In this document: piece after piece, positions 41,759-53,451 of the stretch
Position numbering within the stretch: the first letter of the stretch is position 1
Layout of the letters: each line of letters starts with the position of its first letter
DNA from: Diplonema japonicum
Lineage: Eukaryota > Protista > Euglenozoa: Diplonemea
Reading direction: 5' to 3'
Assembly (NCBI GenBank): GCA_964019335.1
Contig: OZ025652.1
Coordinates: 682,001-746,000, forward strand
Length of the DNA stretch: 64,000 nt
Notes under the pieces: model-generated
What the model saw: only the letters and a program-made list of their open reading frames with translations
Databases searched by the model: none
Told to the model about the DNA's origin: nothing
Made by a program: the position numbers and the translations under genes

Positions 41759-42712
41759 CTAAGGTGTGGGTTGTGCAGTAGCGACTTTGCGCTTCTTCTT
41801 CGGCTGCAGCACATTGACAGGCGTGTCGGGTGACTGTGTTGTTAAGTACTGTTACCCTTCTTTCATACATTGTTGCTATTCAGTGTGTGGGTCCCGACAG
41901 TGGCGTTCTTCGCCTCTTCCTGGACTTGCTGGAAATCGGTGTCGCAGTCTTCAAAAAGAAGCTGAATAGCTTCTATCCTATCTATGTTGGCAGCTTCGTC
42001 CTTCCTCAAGATGACCAATGCCTTCTCGCACACTTTCTTTGCCTCTTCAATCTTCTCACCATACCGCAATGCCTGTTGGTGTACTGTGATTGTTTGCTCA
42101 TACCATTGCCTGGCAGCCAAGGGCTGTCGCCATCTTTATTTCGTCCTCTGGTTTTTTGTTAAGCAACTCTACAGCGGCAGCATAGCAGTCAGCGGACATT
42201 TCGAAATTGTTCATCTCATGAAGACACTCACCTAGTGCGTTATGGCATTCGACATATAAGGTGGCCTGCTCCGGGTTGTCCTTCAAACCCAACCTCGCAG
42301 CGTTGAAAACAGCATAGGCAAGACACAGGGGACTTTCGTCCATTTGTTTCTCAAGAGGACCCATATCCTCGGTATCCTCATTAGCGTCCTTAGCTTCTGT
42401 GCTGCACTTCATTGCGGCATCTGCTTGCTTCTCAGCTTCTTCAAGCACAGCAGCATCCGGATTGAGGATATCCTGTGTGGTCTGGTGCTCCCTCAGCAGT
42501 GTCAGCCCGTACTCGAAGTAAACCTTCGCCAGCTTCGGACTTGTCTCGCCATGAAGTTTCGTCAACTTTGCCAGAGCCCCTGAAATTTTGCTTGCTGCGT
42601 CTTGATACTCACCTTCCTCGCGCAAATCAACTCCCTCCTGAGCCTCCTTCAGCGCGCCTGCTTCGTCAATGACCTCTGCTTCTTTGGAGACCTTCTCATG
42701 TGCCTGGTCCAT
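41759..42712 (-). CDS. NASP/Sim3-like SHNi-TPR histone chaperone
   Basis: LHGETSPKLAKVYFEYGLTLL, acidic insertion, CHNALGECLHEMNNFEMSADCY; introns 42073-42103 and 41834-41868; C-terminal NLS PKKKRKV. Confidence 0.8.
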
Positions 42713-42840
42713 TTTGTCTGCGTGTGCTACTTACTTTGTTGTGAGCAGAAAAAAGAAAGAAATCATAAAAATGATGGTTGGGACACGGGACATAACTGAC
42801 TATGAAAGACAAGGTGGTTGGGGTGGGGAATTAAACACTC

Positions 42841-43265
42841 CTATTTCTTCTTACCCTTGGCCTTCTCCTTGCGCTCCTTAAGCTCCTTCATGGCGGCAGC
42901 CTTCGCGGCACTGCGGTCAGCGGGACGCTCAGACTTCTTCTTCTGGAGGGACTCGTAGTCCATGTTGGAGTACCCACGGACGGTGGTCTTCTTGCTGCGG
43001 CGGGCACGACGGCGCTGCATCTCCTCTTGGGTACCCTGTGGTGTGGTGAAACAATAAACTCACTTCATACCTTCTTCATGGTACGCCTGTAGGCAATGGT
43101 CCAGGCAACCTTCCTGGGGTTCCTCTTCCTCAGGAACAGGCTGCAAGCCTTGGCGGACACGAAGGGAAGCACAGGCTTGGTAGACACCACCATGGAGGGC
43201 ACGTAACGCTTACCGTGACCCGGGTGGATGGGGAGACCAGAGAACGAGCAGGTATCCTTCTTCAT
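42841..43265 (-). CDS. RPL24: 60S ribosomal protein L24 (eL24), copy 1
   Basis: CSFSGLPIHPGHGKRYV...KRNPRKVAWTIAYRR; intron 43036-43070. Confidence 0.95.
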
Positions 43266-43364
43266 TTTGTTGAACTAACCTGATGCAATACCCTGTGATG
43301 AGAGTTGGCAGTTTGAATAGTTAAAAGTAATTTAAAGAAAAATCAGCTATGAGGATCAACCACT

Positions 43365-43794
43365 CTATTTCTTCTTACCCTTGGCCTTCTCCTTGCGCTC
43401 CTTAAGCTCCTTCATGGCGGCAGCCTTCGCGGCGCTGCGGTCAGCGGGACGCTCAGACTTCTTCTTCTGGAGGGACTCGTAGTCCATGTTGGAGTACCCA
43501 CGGACGGTGGTCTTCTTGCTGCGGCGGGCACGACGGCGCTGCATCTCCTCTTGGGTACCCTGTGTGGTGTGTACTTATGGATCAAGCTTCATTTTATACC
43601 TTCTTCATGGTACGCCTGTAGGCGATGGTCCAGGCAACCTTCCTGGGGTTCCTCTTCCTCAGGAACAGGCTGCAAGCCTTGGCGGACACGAAGGGAAGCA
43701 CAGGCTTGGTAGACACCACCATGGAGGGCACGTAACGCTTACCGTGACCCGGGTGGATGGGGAGACCAGAGAACGAGCAGGTATCCTTCTTCAT
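43365..43794 (-). CDS. RPL24: 60S ribosomal protein L24 (eL24), copy 2
   Basis: Same protein as copy 1; intron 43560-43599. Confidence 0.95.
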
Positions 43795-43872
43795 TTTTCT
43801 TTTCTAAAAATCTGTTTAAACAATATACTTAATCAAGGTGAAGAAAGGGATAATACTTAATGCCCACACTGC

Positions 43873-45172
43873 TTAGGAGGACGAAGAGGAGGATGTCGAA
43901 GAAGAAGACGACGACGACGATGATGACGAGCTAGACGTGCGCAACCTTGCCTTCTGGGGGCGGGGGGGGTCGCTGGGTTTCTCTTTGCTCTCTTTTTCGT
44001 TGTCCTTTGTGTTATGCGAGTGCTGTGTCTCAGATTCCGAGCGCCTGCCACGCTGCCACCTATCCGTGCGTGAGGGCGCCTCTTTGGTGCCTCTCTCCAC
44101 GCCCCTGTCCCTATTCCGGTCTCTGTTCCCGTCTCTTGTGTCCCTCTCGTATCTGTCCCTTCTGTCAGGTCCATCCCTCAACCTGTCCCTGTCTCTCCTG
44201 TCCCTATCCCGATCTCTGTCGTCTCTACCCCTGTTCCTATCCGCGTACCGCGGCCCACTGTCTCCTCTTCCCCTGTAGTCCCTATGCCTATCTCTATCAT
44301 ATCTGTCCCTATTGTCTTGGTCATATCTGTCTCTGTTGGTTTGGTCATATCTGTCGTACCTATTCCTGTCGCCTCCTCCATCTCTATCTCTTCCAGCTCT
44401 TCCGTATGCAAGCGGTCTATCTCCATCTCTACCCCGATCTCTGTCCCTGTCTCCGTTCCTGTCCCTATCCCTGTCCCTGTCTCTGTCTCCGTTCCTGTCT
44501 CTGTCTCCGTTCCTGTCCCTGTCCCTATCTCTGTCCCTTTCCCTATCTCCGTTCCTGTCTCTGTCCCTGTCCCTATCTCTGTCCAAATTCCGTTCACTCG
44601 GTTTCTTGTTGGTTGGGTTACATTTGTACCTTGCACGTTGCATACCTGCTGTGGTTGTGGTGTTGTTGGTATCTTTCGCTTGACGAGCTTAGCTGTGACG
44701 GCCGACCCGTCCAACACTGGTCTGTTGGAGAGGTGCGCTACGGCCTGCAGGGGTGCGTGATTGGTGCATAACATACCTCAACGGCTGCACTGTCAGTGGC
44801 GAACTCAACCCATGCAGTGGCACCGGTGAACTGGAAGAGCGTGTCAGGCGTCCTGCCCTCCACTCGCTTGATCTCACCATGTTTAGAAAGAATCTCCCGC
44901 AGGTGCTCCTCTGTGACGTTCCCCGTCAATCCTGCTAGTTGTACAAATATTCTGAAGTCCCTCTCTTTTGACTTCTGGGCCCGCTTTACGTCTTCATTTC
45001 CAGAAGGCTCTTCCTTCTCCTTCTCCTTCTCCTTCTCCTTCTCCTTCGTTGGCGTGTCGACTGACTTCTCCTTCTCTGTTTCCCCTTCCTTCACCATGTC
45101 ATGGTCATCGTTGCTTTGCATGCCAGTTTTCGTGGGCTCTTCACTGTCGTTTCGTTCCTCTGCAGCTTGCAT
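43873..45172 (-). CDS. RRM protein with RD-rich and Ser-rich tail (RNPS1/SR45-like splicing factor)
   Basis: VQLAGLTGNVTEEHLREILSKHGEIKRV...AWVEF RRM; introns 44745-44776 and 44605-44645; long (DR)n region and poly-Ser. Confidence 0.75.
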
Positions 45173-46836
45173 TGTTGTAAGGCCCCACCTACAGCTGTTC
45201 ATATTCAATATGTTTAATGGGCACATAAAAGAAAATAGAAAAGTATCCCAGGGGATGCGAGGCGAGGGGGTAGTATTGGGGAGAAAAGATTTGGTCAAGA
45301 GGGGAGGGGGGACAAAGACAGTCGGGCAGGCGGAGGGGGCGGGTGGCGAAGCATGTCTCTTTCTCTTTTCATTCCCCATATGTTCTTCCTTTTTATTATT
45401 TATCCTTCCTCTTTTTTTTCCTTCTTCTTTTCTTCTATTTTTATTTACTTTACTGATGAATGATTTATTTTAACTGTTACTACCATATATGCCACTAGGG
45501 AAAAAAAGGGGGGGGTCGAGTCTTGAGTAGATGCGAAAATCTTTTTAAATTCAAATCTAAGTTATAAAAAGCACTTTGAAGGAAGGATAAGTAGTGACCA
45601 CCCGTGAGTCTTCATGGGTGCTTTAAGCGAATATGCCGATTCATGTTTGCGATCACTGTGACTCCCTTTTCTGTCAGAAGGTCGTACCCCTCCCTCCCCT
45701 CTTTTTTGTTCCCCTTTATTTCTCTTGTTGGCAGTGTCGCTTAGTTTCCAAATCGGAAAAAGATTCAAAAAAAAAAAAAGTCTGAAGAGGCGATTCATGT
45801 GAATGGTGGGTGGCAGTGGTGGTGGTGAGGAAACAAATCAAAAAAAAGGGGAGGGGGTCACGGCACGTGCAGAGGGGAAGAATAAAAAGAAGAATGATCC
45901 ACAACCTTTCCACCCCCCGACCCCCCGTGCTCCACGCCTAGTAGAAAGCTATCAAGCAAAAAAAGCAGAAAAACAAAGGTAGGGGTGGTACGGAGGGCAC
46001 TTAGGGGAAGGAACAAAGACAGAAATCCAAAGTACACATATTTGCGAAAGGGAAAAGAAGGGGGGGGGGGGGGGAAAGGGAGGGAGAACACGGTTTCTCA
46101 TACCTAATGGTGATACGATTTTGATGCATTCTCTTTTTTTTTTTTTTTTTTTTTTTCCCTTCCTCCCGGCTCCTTCTTGCAGGACAGGGAACAATAGCCC
46201 TATTTATGCCTTCAGTTTTGGTGTGTTGCAGTAGCCTAAACGAAAGGAGAAGGTGGATGGGCGGGGGGGATGGAAACTACGAAATACAGAGAATGTGCGT
46301 GAAGCAAATAGACACATTTGCACTTCCTTCACATCTTTTTTCTTCTTCTTTTTTTCTCCCCTTCCCGCTTGTACTTTTTTTCCCCTTCTTTTCTTTCTCC
46401 CATTTTTTAATACTCTAGGCAAAAAAAAAAAGGAAAAAAAAAATTGCGGGATCTTTATTTGTTTTTCTTGAAACAAAACCAAAATAAAAGCAAGAACCGG
46501 AGGATGAGAACTGTAGTAGTACAATTTTTTTTTTTCTTTCCCGCTTCTTTTTTTCTCTTTTCAATTCCAACCATGGAGTCTACGTCCCATAGTAACACAA
46601 TAGACTGCACTACATAAAAAATAAAGGGGAGCGTGCGCAGGGAGCAATGGAAAGAAGATAAAAAAAAGGGGGGAATAGGCCAGAATAGCTCAAGTTAAAA
46701 GAGAAAGAGAAAAAGGGGTAAATTAACAGGGGCCTCCCCCCCCTTTTTTTGTGCATCAGGAGCTTTCCTGGTCTGGGTGCTCAGAGCCCCTTTCCGGAAG
46801 TCTCGAGTAGCGCTGCATGAAGCGGCAATAATAAGG

Positions 46837-46838
<2 letters not shown>

Positions 46839-46898
<60 letters not shown>
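46839..46898. repeat. (AG)n microsatellite, ~30 units
   Basis: Direct reading of the sequence. Confidence 0.95.
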
Positions 46899-46903
<5 letters not shown>

Positions 46904-48081
46904 TCAAAACAAGGTGAATACTTTTTTTTTTTTAAAAATAAGGATAGGATAAAAAAACAAATTCAAGTCTCTTTTTTTTTGTTGTGTTCTAGAAAAGAAA
47001 AAAAAAACTTACATAACAATGAAGCTTCGGCTGTGAGAAACAAGAAAGAAAGGGAAAGGGAGAAAAAAAAGGGGGGGGTAATGCTCAACCTACAGCACCT
47101 TGACATAGGAAGAAGGGAGCAAAGGGAAGAGGGTGTGAGAACGACTGGGGACGGCCTTTAATGGTAACAATATTTACTTCTTCTTTTTTGTTTTTTTTGT
47201 TTTTCAGGGCACAAACAAAAACACGAGAAAATACACGTATCTTATTCAGAAAGGGAGAAAAAAAAAACACCTAATTCCCACACCCCAGGCATACAGCACA
47301 TAGACCCTCAAGGATTACAAAAAACCATGAATTCCTAATAAATTCCAACCCTTAACGCCTTCCTAGAACAATGAATTGTATTCAATCATCCACACTCTAT
47401 GCCTTGAGGAAGGGGAGGGGGAGGGGGGGTGGTGGTGTTGTTCCTTAATCGTCCTGCTTTTTTTTTTTCTCTTTGCCCCCTCTCAACATTAAAACCTGTT
47501 GCCGCTCCCGCTTCTCTCCTCCCCCCCCCCTTCCCTCTCCTCCGCTTTGCTTCTTTCTGCAGCACTTTATGAAGCTTACGTCACAAAACGTAAAACAGTT
47601 TTCAGCAGCTACGATGGAGAATATCAATGGCTCAACACCACATGAGTTATGAAAGCACCCTTAAGAAGGCATAAGTCACCTTAGCGCAAAAATCCTGGGG
47701 AAGGGGAGGAAAGGGGAGGGGAATGGGTGCATGCTGTGCAGACGGATTTCAATCTTCGGTGTTTTTTTGGGGGGGCTTCCAAGAAGCCTATACCAAAAGA
47801 TTCTCAAAATATCCATACAGAATGCCTAGGGGTAAGGGGTATTGAGGAAAACAATATTCTGAACGGGAAGAAATAGTACGGGGGAGAAAAAAAATCCATT
47901 TTCCGACGCTTGTTTGTTTGTACGTGTCTTGCAGCCTGTAATAAACCGAGCTGAACGAATAGTTTAGTTAGTACTGACAATATAACTATCGTTAATGCAA
48001 AAAAAAAAAAGTATTAAAAGGAAACACGAGGGGGGAGCGTTCTAAGTGGTTCATAATTTTTTTTTTCCTTCAGGAAAACCG

Positions 48082-48115
<34 letters not shown>

Positions 48116-49489
48116 AGATAAAAAAATATTTTCGCTTCTTTGACAATATTTTTTTTTTTTTTTTGCTCCTGTTATACAATCCTCTTTTTCTTTTTTTTTC
48201 CAAGAATTCTTTAGATGAATAGACCTTTAGCAAAAAAAAAAAAAAAAAAAAGAAAAAGAAAACCCTCCTTAATTATTATTCCCATAAAGGACCTTTTAAA
48301 CAAAAATACCGGTGTCAGCACGAAGCCGGGTGACTGCTTGTATAAGTCAGGGAAAACCCCCATTGGCCCAACAGCCGCTCATACGTAATTCACAAAGCAG
48401 CAGAAAAAGCAACCCCCTCCTCGGATACAAAACTGAATTGCCTTCCAATTTATTTTTCTTTCAACTAACAACAAAGAGGGGGAGGGGGGTGATGGGTCCT
48501 TTATGGTTTTTTTTAAAGAAAGGACCCTCCCCCCTCCCCCCTCCCCCGGGACCTTAATAGGAACGTTTTAAAAAAGAAACCACGACATTCCCCTCTTCAA
48601 TACAGCACATTGAGATTACAAATGAATGAAATTGAAAAACGGGTGTGAGGGGTGCGCGGTTGGAAGGAAAGAACACATGGTGTAAAGAGCATAAGGGAGT
48701 AACCGGCCTTTGCGGGGGTATTTCTAATTTTTCTAATTTTTTTTTTTTTTGCGCCTCCCTTATACTTACTTGCTTTAATGGGGTGTGGGAGGTGTCTCCT
48801 TTTTTTTCAGAAGGATAGAAAGAATAAGAAAGTCAGAGAAGGGGGGAGGAAAGTTAGATCTCGCAGGAATACACATTGTGGGCGTAGTTTTTTTTTTTTT
48901 TTTTCTTTTTTTTTCTTTTTTTTTTTTTCTTCTTCTTCTTCCAGTCTATCACCTTCCTTTAATTCTGATCCATAAAGAAAGAGAAGAAGAGTGGGGGGGG
49001 ATCACACCCATATCCCTAAAACCCGTATGGCACTACATGTGGCACTACATATGAAAATTACTATTTTTTTTTCCCCAAACAATAGCTGAAATGGACTCGT
49101 TTCGCGACTCTCTTTGATGATTGAGCATCCCAATCTGTTTTATTTTGTTTTTCCCTATCTTATTTTTTATTTTTTTTTCTCTGACAATTGATCGAGTGCA
49201 TTTTCCGGGGTAGAACATTGGAAAGTGTCCTCTAGCAATTTTGAAGTTGGTTCTTGCATTGATTGAACGCCAGAAATCTTGTGAAAGTTATTCCTAAAAT
49301 TCCCTCCATCCTCCCTTATCATTCAGGCCATGACGGGTTTCAAGGATACGAAGCGTTGAAAAGGTGCTGAGGGTATGGAACCTCTACATCTTTTTTTTTT
49401 TTTTTTTTTTCTCTGTCTTCTCTCAATTATCTCTTCAGTACTTGTTTCTAAAAAAGTGCCAAAAAAAGCGAAGTAAAAAAAAAAAAAAG

Positions 49490-49527
<38 letters not shown>

Positions 49528-49796
49528 ATACAGTGCACGTGTACCATTATGAGTGGTCGTAAGACTTAATTCAAGCATTACTAGTAGGAGAAAAAAAAAA
49601 CAAGGGGAGGAGTGGGATAGGGGTTTTTCTTTGTTTTTTTTTTTTTTTTTAGTAGGTGAACACACACAATTATGGAAAGGGTAGAAAAACCATGTGAAAG
49701 AAAGCAAAAGGCGTGGGTACATGCATATAAAATCCCTCTTCTTTTTCCCTCTCTTTACCTGTCGGTCTGTCAGATCTTTTACTCTCCTTGATATCC

Positions 49797-49829
<33 letters not shown>

Positions 49830-51637
49830 ATGCTGTTACTCATCAGGGCAGCAAGATAGGAAATAAATTTATAGCAAAAAGAAATGTAAAAGAGAAAATT
49901 CGGAGCAGCAGAGAATTCAAAGGGAACGGGGAACATGAAAAGGGGGGGGGGGGGGGTGGAGGGGGTTTTCTTCCTCTATTTTTTTTTCTTCTTTATTTGT
50001 TCCGCAACATCCCCTCCCTCCCAGTTATAATAGTACTTTTAAAGGGAGAAGAGAAAAAAAGAAATATGTAATTAAGAGGATTTCTAAGCAGGTGCCATCA
50101 GAGCACAATTCCCCTATTTAGAAATCCCCCATAAATACATAGCACACAGGCATCAACCCCACAACCTTATTCTTTGAGGTAACACCGTGGTATAATCCGC
50201 GGCTCCGTAGTCTCAATAGTACAGCACCGAGTTTAGAGCTACTATGAAACAGAAGAAGTTCTTGAAGTTTTTTTTTTTAAGTTTCTTCTTGCGTCCCTTT
50301 GTTTCTTTTTTTTTTCTCTCTTCTTCTCTTTGAAATGCTAGTAATCGGTGTCGCGGGGGGTATAAATAAAAGTACCGGGGGAGGGGGGATTGGTATTAAA
50401 AGAATTTATAGGGTCTTTCACATAAAGTTACACCCTTGTGTAGGGTGCACAATTAAGCATATATGAAAGATAGCTGGGGGAGGAGGAGGGGGGGGGGGGG
50501 GGAGTTGTGACAAGGATAGCCTTTTTATTTTGTTATTTTATTTTTCCTTCCTTATTCTTCCTGTACCTTCCTTATTACCGGTTTTAGCGTGGATATATAT
50601 ATTGTGCTTTTTTTTTTCTCCGCCCCCCCTTCTGTTTTTTTTATGAACAAGAGATATTCATCAGCAGCTTCTCGCTAAATTTAAAAAGAAAAAGAAAAAC
50701 CGCATCTTCATTTCAACACCGCTCACCTCTGTACTGCTCTTTTTAATTTTCGCAAGAAAGCCGGGCAGTATTCTAAGATGATTACAAGGGCCAGTTAGAA
50801 GCCCGTGTTGTGCAGAAGAACAGGAACAAAAAAAAGAAGAAGAAATTGTCTCCTCCCAAACCAAATCCTAAAAGTTACTTCTTTTTTTTTTCTTCTTTCC
50901 TTATTCCATCTTATTATTATTTATCTTCTTTAAGTTTCAACCCTCTTTTATAACTCACGGTAGAACTATGACTTCAACAAAGAACGGGGGGGGGGATGAA
51001 AAGAATAAAGAAAAAAATGCGCAGGTCGTACCAGAAATAAGGAAAGTGGGTTACGCATTAAAAGAAACGTCTAGACAGGGTATGGATGACAGCGACCCAG
51101 TTTGTCTTTTTGCCAATTTCGTAAACCCAGAAAGTAAATGTGTAATTCCCTTTCTTTTTAACTTTTTCCCTTATATATATGAGGGGGGGGGGGGGGGGGG
51201 GGGCAATTGAAACCAAGGTCTACCGGAGAATTTTAAAAAGAAAGGGAACCGTTTTCTTTCTCACACGCTTTTTTTTTTTTTTTTTTTTTTTGCCCATCAA
51301 ATTACACGGACCATTCCCCCCCCCCCCCCCACTCCGTATATATCTCATCACAAATCGAAGCCCCCCTCTGCAGATGAAATATACATCACATTGAATTGGA
51401 TAACTGCTTCTTTTTTAATTTCAAGGTGTTCTTGAGGGAGGGGATATGAGTAAGAAGAAAGAAGGGGGAAAGGGGGACGTAACAAAAAACCAATAATAAA
51501 TAAAAAAATAAAGTGCCGCTTCTAAGTAAAAGAAAAAAACAAAGGGGAGGATGGGAAAAAACAATTAAATCAAAAAGAACTGTATGGCACCGAAGAGACC
51601 CGGCAAGGAAGATAACTTTGCTTCCATGGGGTGCAGC

Positions 51638-53304
51638 CTAGCAAGGCTGGGTGGGCGGCAGGGGAGCAGTCGAGATGAATTGACAGATCTCGTGGAAGGG
51701 GTTGTGCGTCCTGTTCTTGATTTGTGCAGTTGAGAGGATATCCCCTGCTGTAGGCCTACAGGCAGGGTCAGGAGAGGTGCAGTCTTGTATTAGGTTGATT
51801 AAAGATAGTGAAATTGGGTTCTGCGGCTCGAAGCTAAGTGGAACAGAAATCTGCTGCACCAGCTCCCATGGCCCTTCTGCATTGTCGATGTCATATGGGT
51901 GCCGACCCAGTGCGCACTCGGCAAGCGTCACCCCCAGTGCCCATATGTCTGCAGCTGCACCATGCTTCATCTTCCTGTGTCGCTCTGGGCTCATATAGCT
52001 CAGTGAACCTCCTGGATCTGCAACTTCTCCTTCTTTATTGCTCTCAGCTGTGATCCCAAAATCGCTTATCTTAATAACCCCCCTTGCATTCACCAGCAAG
52101 TTCGACGGCTTTATGTCCCTATGTATCATATTATTTTGGTGCATGTAAAGCAGTCCTCTCCCCACCTGTGTTGTGTTGGTGTCAACTGCCATGCGCTTCA
52201 TACCTGTTCTAAACACGACATCAACGGCAGCTCCTTCCACGGTCCTACCGTTGCTGTGATGTTTGCCACCGACCCGTGCTGCATGAACTCCAGCGTGATT
52301 TTCAGATCACTGTCCCTGAAGTAGGCGTCGTAGTACTTGACGATGTGCTCGTTGGAGTAGTTCGCGTGCAGCATCTGCAGTTCCCGCAGAATAACAAGCT
52401 CCAGCTGCGGGTCGATGGGCTGCCCACTTATCTTGCTATTTGAGGAAGGCGAAATGTGTATCTCCTTCATGGCGAAGAGGCGGTCGGTCGGTTTGTGAAC
52501 AACCTGCCGGACCTTGGAGGAGTGTCCAGATCCGAGGTGTCCCCTGTCCTGCAGGTCTTCGTACCTTATCCTGCCTTCGAGTGCTTGACTCCGCATGTCA
52601 AAGGGGGCGTCGCTGTAGATGATGGGGCTGGATATGGGAAGGGTTGTGTGGTGGTTTACGTGATTATTCATCAGCAGCCACACTTTCTTCGAACTCGCAC
52701 CGTCTCTTGTGATCTCGTACCCACCTATGTTAAGCTTCCCGTCGTTTACTATAGAGCTCTTCTCAACCTTGCCAGATGCAGGCGGCAGTTTAGCTGGGCG
52801 GTGTTTCTTGAAGCTCCTCGGACCCCCTTTCGGTGTCATCGGCGGCGAGGCCCTCACCACCAAACCATTGCTTCCAACGGTGGAGCCTAGGTTCTTGTCT
52901 GAGGAACTCAGATTGCACCCTCGCCCGTCGCTCTGCGGGGTACTCGGTCCCACGGAGCCCACTCCCACTGATATCGGCGACACTGCCGTTGGCGATGTCC
53001 CTACGCTGTCCTCACCAGAGGACAGGGCATGCCCAAGCTTGTCCCCATCATCCCCCAAACACCCACCCAGCGTAGCCACGTTATTCTCCGTGAGTAGAAT
53101 CTTGACACCCCTCCTTTTTTTCTTTTTTTTTCTTTCTCCCTTTTTTTTGTTTTCCCAGTTCTGTGATGAGTAACCACTTGTTTCAAAAAGAAATAATGAA
53201 GAAACACTTGCCAACCAAGTATACCAACGTAGAAAGGGCAAGGCGGCAGGGATAGAGACTGGGAGCACTACTTCACAAACTAAGCAGAGAGCTATAAATA
53301 ACAT
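51638..53304 (-). CDS. MAP kinase kinase (STE7/MEK family); 5' end uncertain
   Basis: LGSGHSSKV, AMKEI, HRDIKPSNLL, KISDFG, SYMSPER, DIWALG; introns 52166-52203 and probably 52613-52681. Confidence 0.9.
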
Positions 53305-53451
53305 CTAGGTTTTTCTTCTCGTTTCCTTCCTTCCCCTATGCCACAGCTACCACCGGAGATGTGACGATGAGGGAAGAAGTGCGCGAAGAAGGAATGTACG
53401 AGTAAACGAACAAAGTGACATGATTCCAAGTACGAAGATTAGCCGGTTATG

